Positions 48,368 to 58,887 are shown, counted from the stretch's first letter. The stretch is 64,000 bases of DNA from a virus (IMGVR_UViG_3300010282_000004:83595-147594), one strand, 5' to 3'. Made by a program: numbers and translations. The notes: generated from the letters alone by a model not told the origin.

Positions 48368-48790
48368 TTATAACAACTCACTATCTTTATCCCAACGTTC
48401 TACATAGTCGCCACATGGAGTGTCAATTGTAAGTTCAGAGAAATTTAATTGCTTGGACAAATTATTTAACATAATTTCTTCTGCTTCTGTTGGTGTTAAA
48501 TCTGTTGAATATTCATCCCTGTTTTCATATTCATCTGAACTAAACAAATCTTCTTTGCCAATAACAAAGCGATCAATAAAATCTTTCAGTTTAAATGTAA
48601 CACTTTCGTAATAGTCAACTGCCCTTGAAGTATACCTCTCGTCTTTTTCTCCGTTTTCGTTATATCCAGGATTACCAACATCATAGAAATTGCCACGCAA
48701 TTTTATCATCTTAACATCCGTATTTGTGTATACATCACAAAGCATATAAATCGTATAGTACTCTTTCTCCCACATATTTATCATGTTCAT
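48368..48790 (-). CDS. hypothetical protein
   Basis: start trimmed; ends LTIDTPCGDY. Confidence 0.65.
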   Translation of the reverse strand: MNMINMWEKEYYTIYMLCDVYTNTDVKMIKLRGNFYDVGNPGYNENGEKDERYTSRAVDYYESVTFKLKDFIDRFVIGKEDLFSSDEYENRDEYSTDLTPTEAEEIMLNNLSKQLNFSELTIDTPCGDYVERWDKDSELL

Positions 48791-48857
48791 CTCTCCTTTT
48801 CTTAATATGGGGAGCCTATATAAGACTCCCAGGTTGTTAGTTCCATATTCAGTTGTA

Positions 48858-49154
48858 TTATTGTTTGTAATCATCCTTGTCCTTACATACAATTCCGTTA
48901 CAATACAAACCACCTGAGTTATAAGCTCCCTTCATAACTCTTAAGAAGCAACTCATGAAATCTTTGAACGTTTCATCTTCTGTGTAGTAGTCATCTACGT
49001 CATCAACATCAATACTTCCGTACTTTATGTCACCATCTGGCACACCACTCATAAGCCAACGATCAAATACATCCTCATCATTGACATGTCTGGCAATAAA
49101 TTCCATTGCAAGAATCATTTTCTTTCTCTCGTTAATGTTTACTTCCTTTCGCAT
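48858..49154 (-). CDS. hypothetical protein
   Basis: NDEDVFDRWLMSGVPDGD. Confidence 0.7.
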   Translation of the reverse strand: MRKEVNINERKKMILAMEFIARHVNDEDVFDRWLMSGVPDGDIKYGSIDVDDVDDYYTEDETFKDFMSCFLRVMKGAYNSGGLYCNGIVCKDKDDYKQ

Positions 49155-49158
49155 AATC

Positions 49159-49407
49159 TTAGTCCTCCTCTTTAACTTCGATACAGATTAACTCATCTTC
49201 TGGATACATATACGTGACTTCCCAATCCATCCATTCATTAGATCTGTCAAGCCATTCTGCATTATCATTAAATAACATATGGCTACAAAAATATTTATCA
49301 GTCTCCTTTACAAGCACATTGCCTTGTATTGTAATTCCGGCATCCAACATATCATTAATACTCATATTCTCAATCTCCTTTCTTATGCTCTCAATGAATC
49401 GATCCAA
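49159..49407 (-). CDS. hypothetical protein
   Basis: acidic ORF; start uncertain. Confidence 0.55.
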   Translation of the reverse strand: MDRFIESIRKEIENMSINDMLDAGITIQGNVLVKETDKYFCSHMLFNDNAEWLDRSNEWMDWEVTYMYPEDELICIEVKEED

Positions 49408-50162
49408 TTTAAAAATCCCTTTTCAAACTTAGGGAATTCGTCAAGGAATTTTTTAAGATCATGCTCTGATGGGACTTTAATTTCTTTTCTATTGGTTTCA
49501 TGTATATGCATAGTAACATTTCCATTAGTCCAAAAATCATAGCAGCCACAAGCACCACCATTTTCTATTCCAATGTATTTAAATTTATATTTGCGTCTTA
49601 GAATATCATCTCTACAACATTCAGAAATAAGACCAACATGATGCGCCCATCCTTCTGCTATAAATTCATATGGGTAACCATATTCACTTCCTGCATCACA
49701 ATCAAAGTTGAATGGTTCTGACATTGGTATTTTAATTCCGTTATCAACACATATATTTGCAAGTTTAATAATATCTTGTATTCTATCCTTCATGTCTCGT
49801 ATATTATCAAGCATAGCTTCAATTCTATCCTGTTCCTCATGTAACTTTCTAATCCTTTCTGCTCTGTCTCTTTCTGCCTTGCCTGTAATGATATCAATTC
49901 TGTTCTTTAATGCTTCCTCTCTGTTCATCTGTTCGCTCTCCTTTTCATTATTAAACAATCCTTCAACTGAAATCATAGGTGTCACCTTTACTGTACTCAA
50001 TGTAATAAATTCATTGAAGTCCATATTTGCAACTCTGCCTTTAAAATCGTGCTGGACTCTGTCATGAAGACTCCTTAATGCTCCAGCCTTATCGTTACCA
50101 ATAGCAACGATCTGTTTTCCGTTAAGAAATTCTGCTAACCAAATGTACTCTTCATTTTTCAT
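49383..50162 (-). CDS. hypothetical protein
   Basis: 259 aa; GIENGGACG. Confidence 0.75.
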   Translation of the reverse strand: MKNEEYIWLAEFLNGKQIVAIGNDKAGALRSLHDRVQHDFKGRVANMDFNEFITLSTVKVTPMISVEGLFNNEKESEQMNREEALKNRIDIITGKAERDRAERIRKLHEEQDRIEAMLDNIRDMKDRIQDIIKLANICVDNGIKIPMSEPFNFDCDAGSEYGYPYEFIAEGWAHHVGLISECCRDDILRRKYKFKYIGIENGGACGCYDFWTNGNVTMHIHETNRKEIKVPSEHDLKKFLDEFPKFEKGFLNWIDSLRA

Positions 50163-50181
50163 GTTCGTAATCTCCTTTCAA

Positions 50182-50370
50182 TTAACCATTTGCCCTTGCC
50201 ATAAGTTCTTGCTCATTTGTCCAACTAAACATCTTGTTGTATCCAATGTATTTTATTTGGTTACCAAGTGCAGTTCTCATTCCATTACACATAACATCAC
50301 ATTCATGTTCTGATAACTTATAAAACTCCTGCTTTGTTCCGTCATCCCAAACTAAATTTACCTTGTACAT
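50182..50370 (-). CDS. hypothetical protein
   Basis: ORF with RBS. Confidence 0.6.
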   Translation of the reverse strand: MYKVNLVWDDGTKQEFYKLSEHECDVMCNGMRTALGNQIKYIGYNKMFSWTNEQELMARANG

Positions 50371-50372
50371 AA

Positions 50373-50669
50373 TTACTTCCCACCTTTCTTTGCTAAAAAG
50401 CCATTTTTGTTACATTCCATATTCAGTTGTAACATGCAGATTGTATTATCAAATTCCGTTATCTGTTTCACAAGTCGCTTTGCCATAGGCCCACTAAGCA
50501 TCTTATTATTTGTTGGAATGCTAATTGAATCTTTAAACGTAACACTTCCAATTGTTACAGATCGCTCATATACTGTATGAGAACCACCATTATTTCTTGT
50601 TCTTACATATCCGTATTCATCTAATATGTTTTGGAAATCTCTCAATTTCATATTTTGCATTTTGTTCAC
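50373..50669 (-). CDS. HicA-like mRNA interferase
   Basis: FQNILDEYGY...GGSHTVY...ISIP. Confidence 0.65.
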   Translation of the reverse strand: MNKMQNMKLRDFQNILDEYGYVRTRNNGGSHTVYERSVTIGSVTFKDSISIPTNNKMLSGPMAKRLVKQITEFDNTICMLQLNMECNKNGFLAKKGGK

Positions 50670-50741
50670 CTCTTTTGTATTTTTTGCAATACAAAAGGGA
50701 ACAGATTTCTCTGCTCCCTTTTGTACATTTATAGTTTCCTA

Positions 50742-52589
50742 TTAATCGTTGTATTTCCATGTGCCTGTTTCTTCATCATAAACACAACCATATGCTATTG
50801 CGTTTTCTTCGCTTACAAATACAAGTGTTGCACCATTACGACAGTTAACAATTACCTCATTGTCACACCTGAAATACCAGTTGTTATCATAGTCGTCATG
50901 CAGACAGTTGTCTACAAAATGATATGCACAATCATCCTCACAATATACTGTGTCTTGACTATGGTAGCTGCCATCATCTTCACAGTATTCCACACCATAA
51001 TTTGAAGCACAGTCACTATCGCAATAATAATGATCAGTATCTACATCAAGCACATAATCATCATTGTCTAAATGTATTCTTGCTCCACATCTATTACATA
51101 AGACAGTTCTCTCTTCATTGTCTCTACAATCACTGCATGTAATCCATTCTTCCTCTTCATGTTCACGTCCACATTTAGGACAAATAGGAAGTGAACCAAT
51201 TCTAATACGAGGGAATTCTTTTATTCTGTCTTTTAAGAATGAATACCCACAATCTTCATACTTGAAGTAATCAGGATAGTGTGTTGAATATTCATCATTT
51301 ACAAACTCGCAAGGTACAGTTCCCTTTATTACTTTCCACAAATTGTTAAAGCCAAGGCACTCTGTCAATACTCTTTGTACTACGTTTCTGAACTGTGCTG
51401 CAAGACCCTTTTCTCCACCGTCTCTTCCGTCCGGGTACAATCTACCGAAGATAAAGAATTCTCCATCTTCATTGATATGGAAATTCATTCTTCTGTCCTT
51501 GTCTGCTTTCCACATCTTACCATTATAATTCTCGTCTACTGTATAGAAGATTACTGTGGATGGATCGAACATATAGCTTTCTGTTCCAGATGAATAACAA
51601 CCACTATATGAATGTTCACAACCTCTTTTATTCTTCTTGTCTATGGTATGACAAGTTGCCTTTTTATGTGCTAAGAATGACATAGTGTAGTAATCCAAAT
51701 CAAGGATTGAGATGACAGTGTACTTTTTGATTATGATTGGATTGATTGCATCACCAAGTTTTGCGAAGTAGTAATTATATCCATAATTCTTATCAATATA
51801 CTCTCCATTTCTGTATATCTTCTGAACGTTGACAATCTTATCAAGACCAAAATATACACAAATCTTATTAACGATTCTTGATATTTTCTGTCCTACAGAC
51901 ACATTGATATCAAGACCTAAATCATTAATTGCATTAACAAATTCTTGGTCTGCATTGCTACTTTCTATGTTTCTGATGATACGATTTAATTTGTCTACTA
52001 GCTTATATTGCTCTTCATTCAAGTAAATTCCATCATCTACTTGATAGTAGCAATTTTTATTATATATATCTCTCAGTCTTTTGTAATCTTCCCTCAAGTC
52101 ATAATAACGTTCGACTAAAAGAGGATAGGCATCACCAAATACTTCCTCTCTGTTATATCTAATTATGTCCTTTATATTTTGGAAATTGCGAGTAACTGCA
52201 TCATACTCGTTTCTATCAAATCTGAAACCTTCTTTCTCACCAATAGTCTTAAACATATTGTCAGTAAACCATGTTAAGAACTCATTGATCAAATCCTTAT
52301 TGATACCAGTTTCATATTCTGTTGCATCATAAATAATAGCCTGTTGCTCTTCATCCCAGTTAGGATGCTTACGGAAAATGTTTCTAAGGTTGGTCTTCTT
52401 GTTCCACCACTTGTTGACGATTGTATCAATGCCATTATCACTGACATTGTAATCGTACTCCTCAAGTAATTTCTTCATTTCCATTCTGTTCTCTTCCAAG
52501 TTAAATACCTTTGCTCCTCGCATAACTTCATCTCCTTTATTTGCATTGTTTACAGTTGCCATTGTGTTGTTGATTGTTTCTACTACCAT
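50742..52589 (-). CDS. large conserved-Cys/His protein with C-terminal Cys-rich Zn-finger repeats (paralog A)
   Basis: ATCHTID, YSSGTESYMFD, FGRLYPDGRDGG, CPKC, CNRC, YCDSDC. Confidence 0.8.
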   Translation of the reverse strand: MVVETINNTMATVNNANKGDEVMRGAKVFNLEENRMEMKKLLEEYDYNVSDNGIDTIVNKWWNKKTNLRNIFRKHPNWDEEQQAIIYDATEYETGINKDLINEFLTWFTDNMFKTIGEKEGFRFDRNEYDAVTRNFQNIKDIIRYNREEVFGDAYPLLVERYYDLREDYKRLRDIYNKNCYYQVDDGIYLNEEQYKLVDKLNRIIRNIESSNADQEFVNAINDLGLDINVSVGQKISRIVNKICVYFGLDKIVNVQKIYRNGEYIDKNYGYNYYFAKLGDAINPIIIKKYTVISILDLDYYTMSFLAHKKATCHTIDKKNKRGCEHSYSGCYSSGTESYMFDPSTVIFYTVDENYNGKMWKADKDRRMNFHINEDGEFFIFGRLYPDGRDGGEKGLAAQFRNVVQRVLTECLGFNNLWKVIKGTVPCEFVNDEYSTHYPDYFKYEDCGYSFLKDRIKEFPRIRIGSLPICPKCGREHEEEEWITCSDCRDNEERTVLCNRCGARIHLDNDDYVLDVDTDHYYCDSDCASNYGVEYCEDDGSYHSQDTVYCEDDCAYHFVDNCLHDDYDNNWYFRCDNEVIVNCRNGATLVFVSEENAIAYGCVYDEETGTWKYND

Positions 52590-52616
52590 GTTTTTCTCTC
52601 CTTTTTCTTTGCATAC

Positions 52617-52648
52617 AAAAGAGAGTGACCAAATAGCCACTCTCTTTT
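52617..52648 (-). terminator. intrinsic terminator
   Basis: AAAAGAGAGTG/CACTCTCTTTT. Confidence 0.75.
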
Positions 52649-52686
52649 AACATTTGTTCCATATTCAGTTGTATATATGATCACTT

Positions 52687-53502
52687 CTATTCGAAGTAAT
52701 ACGGCTTATTTGAAAGCACTTCTTCAGGAGCAACCTGTTCCCTATTTATTTTTGCAATCATATTGTAAAGTTCCATTGCATCTTCTGTTGTATCGCCCAA
52801 TGGAAGGACAAGAACTTCCCAAACACTAGATGGAAGAACTACAAATTTTTCCGGCAACATTTTACGTACTGCCCTTGTAAGAATTGCAGCAGCTCCATAC
52901 ACACCACCATTCTTTCTTCTAACAATTTTCATTTGAATTTCTATTTGATTTACAATTTCTGCCGGCATCCCCATTCTAATAAGTACTTCGTTCATTTTGT
53001 CTATAGTTACGTCATTTTCCATGTTTAACAACCCTATGTTAAATACATCATCTGGCTTAACCCCCCATAATTCTAGTTGTGAATTTCTAACTTTTGTAGT
53101 TTCGCTATCGCCAACTTGAATGTATGGGAACATTATTAAATCTGGGAAGCCATATGATAGTGCATTTTTACTTACTTCAATATGCTCATTCATAGCTTCA
53201 TTAACAAGACCAACTCTCAATTTGTCTTTTACTTTCTCAAAGTCACAGATCCAACTGAAATCCAAGTTAAGCACAGGAGTTTTGCTTACTACTCCCTTAA
53301 CATAATCTACAGTTTCGCTTATACTTAAGCCTGCATCGTACTGTTCATCAATATACACTGTTGGTGCACATGATGTTCCTTCAAGTTCAACAATTATTCC
53401 AGTATGTTTAATACCATTTGTTTTCGTTATTTCCTTTACAGTACCGCCAACTAACATTGCTACTTCTTCTGCGAACATTTCCTTTGACATTTCGTTTCTC
53501 AT
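52687..53502 (-). CDS. DUF5688-like protein
   Basis: TKTNG...APTVY, YGAAAIL, VLPSSVWEVL, PEEVLSNKPYYF. Confidence 0.75.
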   Translation of the reverse strand: MRNEMSKEMFAEEVAMLVGGTVKEITKTNGIKHTGIIVELEGTSCAPTVYIDEQYDAGLSISETVDYVKGVVSKTPVLNLDFSWICDFEKVKDKLRVGLVNEAMNEHIEVSKNALSYGFPDLIMFPYIQVGDSETTKVRNSQLELWGVKPDDVFNIGLLNMENDVTIDKMNEVLIRMGMPAEIVNQIEIQMKIVRRKNGGVYGAAAILTRAVRKMLPEKFVVLPSSVWEVLVLPLGDTTEDAMELYNMIAKINREQVAPEEVLSNKPYYFE

Positions 53503-53617
53503 AATTAAACTCTCCTTTTCGTATAAAAGTTTTTTGCACGGCTCTCGTTTAGTGTCGGCTTTCCATTGACCGTGTGACAAAATAGGAGAGCAATCATTTG
53601 ACTGCTCTCCGTATTTA

Positions 53618-54649
53618 TTAGTACATATAATAATCCATAACCATACTCCAGCTAAGTTCACAGTTCTCAATCATTAACTGCCCGATTGCTTCTTGTAATG
53701 AGCGACCAAGTGCTTCAACTTCACTTCCATCTTCCAGCATGAATATCCATGCCTTTACTTTTTCAGGCTCTTCGTTTGCCTTGTCCTCAATTTTTTGATA
53801 CCAATCTTCACAATTATCTCCATCATATTCATAGTACAACTCACTCTTTTCATTTTTGTATGCCTGATAGAGATTTGAATTGTAGCCATATCCATATCCA
53901 TAGTAGCCATAACCTCTTGTGTAGATATGCTCTTCGTACTCAAATCCCTTTTCAAGATTCTTACTTGCATCTAACAACTTTATAGTTGCCTCAATACTAT
54001 CTTCCATTTCCTCAAATACAACATACTCGTCAAGATGATGTGCATTGTAGTATCCACAACTTATGTTTACAGATGATACCATGCAATACGGAGATAATAC
54101 AGATATGTCTGAGAATGAACCATAACTCTCTTTATACCCGGTTACTTCCTCACAGAAACTATGAAATTCCTTGTTGTCGTCATCATAATACACCAGATCC
54201 TTATCATGTGCTCTGTCAAGCTCTACAAGGAATAACATCTTTTCAAGTTCTGTTATGTAATTTGTCTCTACAAACTTCTTGCTACCTACACCACCAATCT
54301 CTTCATCTTCACAAAACAGGATGAATGGTCTATATCCTCTTTCTACAATTTTCATAATCATGTAGACTCCACATCTATCATCACCGCCAATTCCCTGTTT
54401 AGAAGTAAGTGTATGCAACACTCTTCCATCTTCCTTTTTCTTACTAACAGTGATATACTTCTTGAGGCTTTCATCATGTACTGTATCCATATGTGCAGTT
54501 AACAATACATTCATATTGCCTCTTGCATATACAAAGCCATCGCCAACTACCACATCACTGTAGTAGTTGCGAATCCAATTTGTTAAGTATCCCTTCAATT
54601 CACCTTTATTCAATTTGCAAACCTTCATAAATCTACCAATCTTACTCAT
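53618..54649 (-). CDS. M20/M28-fold zinc peptidase
   Basis: AHMDTVH, GGDDRCG, EDEEIG, ELDR, SFSDI, GYYNAH. Confidence 0.85.
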   Translation of the reverse strand: MSKIGRFMKVCKLNKGELKGYLTNWIRNYYSDVVVGDGFVYARGNMNVLLTAHMDTVHDESLKKYITVSKKKEDGRVLHTLTSKQGIGGDDRCGVYMIMKIVERGYRPFILFCEDEEIGGVGSKKFVETNYITELEKMLFLVELDRAHDKDLVYYDDDNKEFHSFCEEVTGYKESYGSFSDISVLSPYCMVSSVNISCGYYNAHHLDEYVVFEEMEDSIEATIKLLDASKNLEKGFEYEEHIYTRGYGYYGYGYGYNSNLYQAYKNEKSELYYEYDGDNCEDWYQKIEDKANEEPEKVKAWIFMLEDGSEVEALGRSLQEAIGQLMIENCELSWSMVMDYYMY

Positions 54650-54673
54650 AATATTATTCTCCTTTCTTTTCCC

Positions 54674-56644
54674 TTATGCTCTAACCCACTCGCCATTTTC
54701 GTTGAGTTCGAATCCGTAGTTCCTTGCGTTTTCTTCGTCCCTGAAACGGTATTCATATTCAATTACGATATAGTCATAATCATTTGTTAAATACCACTGC
54801 TCATCGTAATTATCCCAAAATGCCTCCTCGCTTCTGTATGCATCTCCATCAACCTCTACGTAGCCTGCATTTTCCATGTTTTCTCTGTTTGCGAACCAAA
54901 CTCCGTCTCCACTAATCCATTCATCGCTATTATCATAATAGTCCTGTGAATAATATGCTCCTGTATATGAATCTGCCCACCAATCTGTGTGCCAATTTTC
55001 ATCATCTTCACAGAGTCTAAGTCCATCATTTCTTGCACAACTCTCGCAACAATAATACTCATCATTGTCTTCACAATAAATACGATCCCAATCATCTTCA
55101 TATATTGTTCCATCACAATTACAACAACTTGCAATTACATCTTCCCTTTCAGGCTCTTCCATTGAATTGTGATGATAGCAGAATACACTTTCCTTTCCTC
55201 TATGAGTGTCTCCACAGTAAGGACATATAGGATTATGACCAATATTTATTGTTCTCATTTCTGTTTCTGACAGATGACTATATCCACAATCATCATAGCT
55301 TAAATAATCAGCATAATGTGTACCTTCTGTACATGAATAATCCTCACATCCAGATACTCCCTTTTTCACTTTCCACAAATTGTTGAATCCGAGGCATTCT
55401 GACAATACCTTCTGCATTACATTTCTAAACTGTGCGGCTAATCCTGTTTCACCGCCATCTCTTCCATCTGGATATAATCTACCGAAAATAAAGTGCTTTC
55501 CGTCTTCTCCAATGTGGAACATCATACGTCTATCTTTATCTGCTTTCCACATATCTCCCTTATAATCTGCATCAACCGTGTAGAACACAACTGAACTATT
55601 ATCAAGCATATAGCTTTCTGTTCCTGCACTATACATTCCGTTGTATACATGCTCAGAGTCATATACATCTCTTACATTTAACTTATCAATGGTATGACAG
55701 GAAGCAGTATTCTTAAAGAACGACATTGTCCAGTAATCCATCGGATTAATGGAGATTACAGTATACTTTGTAATATGCAAAGGATTTACTGCATCACCGA
55801 GCATTGCCATGTAGTAATTGAATCCATAGTCTTTCATCTCCCTTACTTCATGGTCACTTCCGGCATGACGGACAACTTCTTTCATGTCTTTTACTTTATC
55901 AATTCCATAATGCTTACAAATCTTATTAATAATTCTTGACACTTTCTGTCCTGCAACTGCCCTAAAATCTCCAAGATTATTTACCTTTCTTGCAAAATCT
56001 TCATCAGCAACATTACTGTCATACGAGTAATAGTTGAAGAACTCAAATACCTTTCTAAGCTCCGTGTAGTCTGTATAAAGCATATAAAATTCTTCTTCAT
56101 CAAATGTGTACTTTGTAAGAGTATTAAAGTAATCAGTAAGCCTTACATACTCTTCCTTATACTCATACCTCTGTCTTACGGCAGCTTCGTAAAGATCGTC
56201 ATTAATACGATTTCTGTTGTATAAGGTGATATCTCTTGCAGCAATGTACCTTTCTCTTACGAATAAGTACCTTTCTTCATCAAACTGAACCTTACGTTCA
56301 GCATTCTTTTTTCCGATTTGCTTTGCAAACCAATAGCAAGCTTCCTTTATATGAGCCATATCAATGCCAGTATCATAGGAACTGTCATAGATAATAACCT
56401 GCTGACGCTCATCCCATCTAGTATGCTTTCTTAAGATAGAACGAAGATTCTTCTTTGCGTTCCACCACATAGGGAATAACTTTGTTGCGATGTTATTATC
56501 ACTTTCAGATCCATATGAGTACTTCAACTCATCGAACAAATCTGCTGCCTCTCGAGCGGTCTTATTGAAGTCGAAGATATTACTTGCCTTTCCTTCAGAT
56601 ACCAAATTTGCCTCTACTGCATTTCTCATTGCTTCCATTTTCAT
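54674..56644 (-). CDS. large conserved-Cys/His protein with Zn-finger repeats (paralog B)
   Basis: ASCHTID, YSAGTESYMLD, FGRLYPDGRDGG; start after AAGGAGG. Confidence 0.8.
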   Translation of the reverse strand: MKMEAMRNAVEANLVSEGKASNIFDFNKTAREAADLFDELKYSYGSESDNNIATKLFPMWWNAKKNLRSILRKHTRWDERQQVIIYDSSYDTGIDMAHIKEACYWFAKQIGKKNAERKVQFDEERYLFVRERYIAARDITLYNRNRINDDLYEAAVRQRYEYKEEYVRLTDYFNTLTKYTFDEEEFYMLYTDYTELRKVFEFFNYYSYDSNVADEDFARKVNNLGDFRAVAGQKVSRIINKICKHYGIDKVKDMKEVVRHAGSDHEVREMKDYGFNYYMAMLGDAVNPLHITKYTVISINPMDYWTMSFFKNTASCHTIDKLNVRDVYDSEHVYNGMYSAGTESYMLDNSSVVFYTVDADYKGDMWKADKDRRMMFHIGEDGKHFIFGRLYPDGRDGGETGLAAQFRNVMQKVLSECLGFNNLWKVKKGVSGCEDYSCTEGTHYADYLSYDDCGYSHLSETEMRTINIGHNPICPYCGDTHRGKESVFCYHHNSMEEPEREDVIASCCNCDGTIYEDDWDRIYCEDNDEYYCCESCARNDGLRLCEDDENWHTDWWADSYTGAYYSQDYYDNSDEWISGDGVWFANRENMENAGYVEVDGDAYRSEEAFWDNYDEQWYLTNDYDYIVIEYEYRFRDEENARNYGFELNENGEWVRA

Positions 56645-56742
56645 TTGTTCGTCCTCCTTAGACATAAACATTTAATAGTTAATTCTCCGCAATTCTCGTT
56701 TAAGGTCGGTTTTCCGTTGATTGCGTGACCAAGTATTTGGGC

Positions 56743-56778
56743 ATAAAAAAAGACACTATCCAAATTTGGACAATGCCT
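56743..56778 (-). terminator. intrinsic terminator
   Basis: hairpin followed by TTTTTTTATGCCC. Confidence 0.65.
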
Positions 56779-57015
56779 TTAAATCAAATTCTCGTATACC
56801 ATCAACTGAAAACAGGCTCTGGTATATTCACGTTCTGTGAACATTGCCCTAGAGCCTGTTTCATCAAAATTGATGTTACACTTTCGTAAGAACTTCTTCT
56901 GCCTTTCGTTCAAGCCCTTAATCTCGAAGTCCTTACTTTCGCTTCTGTATTTAGTTTTCCGTTTCAATATCCTCACCACCTTTCGTATATGATTCAAGAA
57001 ATTCTCTAATCTCAA
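56779..57015 (-). CDS. hypothetical protein
   Basis: ORF; start uncertain. Confidence 0.5.
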   Translation of the reverse strand: MRLENFLNHIRKVVRILKRKTKYRSESKDFEIKGLNERQKKFLRKCNINFDETGSRAMFTEREYTRACFQLMVYENLI

Positions 57016-57316
57016 TCGTATGTCTCAATTCATCTGCAAAAATACTGTAATATTCTTTGCATATAAAATCGAGCAAATCCTGATATGAACAAATTTTGAC
57101 AAGCTCACATGTAGCAATATCAGTTTCGCATTTTCCATCCCTAAAGATCAATACAATGTCAGTTCCTGCTATATTTACCTCTACAGTTTCTCCAGAAACT
57201 TTTTCTACAACACCTATTTCTTGTGACCCTCTATGATGTTCTCCACCATACACTTTAAACAATACTGTGTTTCCAGCCACAAGACTTGCACCGTTAAGCA
57301 AAAATACATTTTTCAT
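56951..57316 (-). CDS. hypothetical protein sharing a domain with 57684..58112
   Basis: VEVNI.G...F..GKCE...C.LV...Y.DL. Confidence 0.65.
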   Translation of the reverse strand: MKNVFLLNGASLVAGNTVLFKVYGGEHHRGSQEIGVVEKVSGETVEVNIAGTDIVLIFRDGKCETDIATCELVKICSYQDLLDFICKEYYSIFADELRHTIEIREFLESYTKGGEDIETEN

Positions 57317-57504
57317 TTTCGTACCTCGCTTTCTATTTTATACATGTCAAATTCAACTCTTTTCTTCTTGAGTTTTTCAAAAACTTCTGCCGATGAATTT
57401 GAAGTACGTACTGCAATTATTACTTTTGCGTAATCTTCGCAACTAAAAATGTACCCATCTTCTGTTTTAAAAGAATGTTCAAGCATTTTGAGTTCCATTT
57501 TCAC
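57313..57504 (-). CDS. hypothetical protein
   Basis: translationally coupled ORF. Confidence 0.55.
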   Translation of the reverse strand: MKMELKMLEHSFKTEDGYIFSCEDYAKVIIAVRTSNSSAEVFEKLKKKRVEFDMYKIESEVRK

Positions 57505-57683
57505 TTCACCTCGCTTTCTTCCTTAACAACAATTTCCTTTATGCTGCAAAAGCTTAGTCCTTCTATTGCTTTTTCTGCAAGTTCTCTTGTTGCATAGAAT
57601 TCGTCATAGATAGTAAATGTTTCACCATCATATGTATAATCATCTACCCATTCTTCGTGTACAGTTGCATAAATTTTCATATC

Positions 57684-58112
57684 TTAATATCCTCCTTTTA
57701 TATATTTGATTAAATCACTGTATCTTGCACACCTAACAAGCTTACATTTTTCCCTGTTGAATTCACATTTTCCGTTGACAAATTTTAGGTGTGGTGCATT
57801 TTCACCAAAAATATTAACCTCTACCACATCTCCTTCAACACTTGTTACACATCCAACTTCCATGTTTCCAAATTCCATTCCTGAATTAGCAGAGGTTAAA
57901 TCCATGTCTACAATTACAACATCGCCAGCACTAAATACAGGATTAAATTCCTCTTCTACTATCGCATCAACAGACAATACTTCTGGATCATAAGTACACG
58001 TATGTATCAAAGTAAAGTTATCTGTTGCTCGTTCAATAGCCTCATCTAATGAATTTGCCTCTACAAACTCACAATCTTCAAACATCATAGTTACACAATA
58101 TTCCTTGCTCAT
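57684..58112 (-). CDS. hypothetical protein
   Basis: VEANSLDEA; C-terminal domain shared with 56951..57316. Confidence 0.7.
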   Translation of the reverse strand: MSKEYCVTMMFEDCEFVEANSLDEAIERATDNFTLIHTCTYDPEVLSVDAIVEEEFNPVFSAGDVVIVDMDLTSANSGMEFGNMEVGCVTSVEGDVVEVNIFGENAPHLKFVNGKCEFNREKCKLVRCARYSDLIKYIKGGY

Positions 58113-58131
58113 AATCTCAATCTCCTTTTCT

Positions 58132-58314
58132 CTATCTGCTTACGTATTTTTCCATGGCTGACTTACAAGTTGCAAGGTCACCACGAAGGATGATCTTATT
58201 CGTATATGTCTCAATGAACATATACTGACCAAACAGTTCTACGATTGCCTTTCCGTACTGTGAATCGACAATCTTCATATACTTCACATATCTGGAATCA
58301 ATTTTTCTTCCCAT
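58132..58314 (-). CDS. hypothetical protein
   Basis: ORF with RBS. Confidence 0.55.
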   Translation of the reverse strand: MGRKIDSRYVKYMKIVDSQYGKAIVELFGQYMFIETYTNKIILRGDLATCKSAMEKYVSR

Positions 58315-58584
58315 ATAGCACCTACACCTCCTACATCATCATTCTGATTGCGATTGAAATGACTAACAACAGTACAAATGAAATCGCATTGACGATTTTT
58401 GCTCGTCTTGCCTTTGCTTTGCTCATATTAAATACCTCCTTCCAAGCTATCGAATGCTATGTACCATTCGCCAATAAAGTTTATGTAATAAAAACCGTTT
58501 TCTCCAATTCCAGTTAATACGGAGTTGTGTTTTTTGCACCATTCTGTTGCAACTTCCATAAGTTTTTGTGCATTACTCATTGAA

Positions 58585-58887
58585 CTACGCCTCCTTTCCT
58601 ACTTCATACATAATATCCGGCATCAAATCTAATACAGAGTACTTAACAAAAGTTTGCCTTGCATCCAAAGCTTCATCTCCATCGAGTTCTTCGACAATCA
58701 CTTCTCGTGATTGCACAAAGTAAATTCTGCCTGTATCTATGTCGATGAAATCTGCAATTCCGTCATCATCTCTAAAGTCGATACATCTACCCTTAGAAAT
58801 CTTTCCATCCTGTACAAGAGTGTAGTTATACACTCTCTGATCCATAGGTCTATCAAATTCCATTTCCATTTCTCTCGCTCCTTTCAT
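58585..58887 (-). CDS. hypothetical protein
   Basis: 100-aa ORF. Confidence 0.65.
   Translation of the reverse strand: MKGAREMEMEFDRPMDQRVYNYTLVQDGKISKGRCIDFRDDDGIADFIDIDTGRIYFVQSREVIVEELDGDEALDARQTFVKYSVLDLMPDIMYEVGKEA

Noticed and set aside
50742-56644. Diversity-generating retroelement TR/VR pair
   Set aside because: The similarity is between two coding paralogs with mostly synonymous, non-adenine-specific differences; no reverse transcriptase in the window
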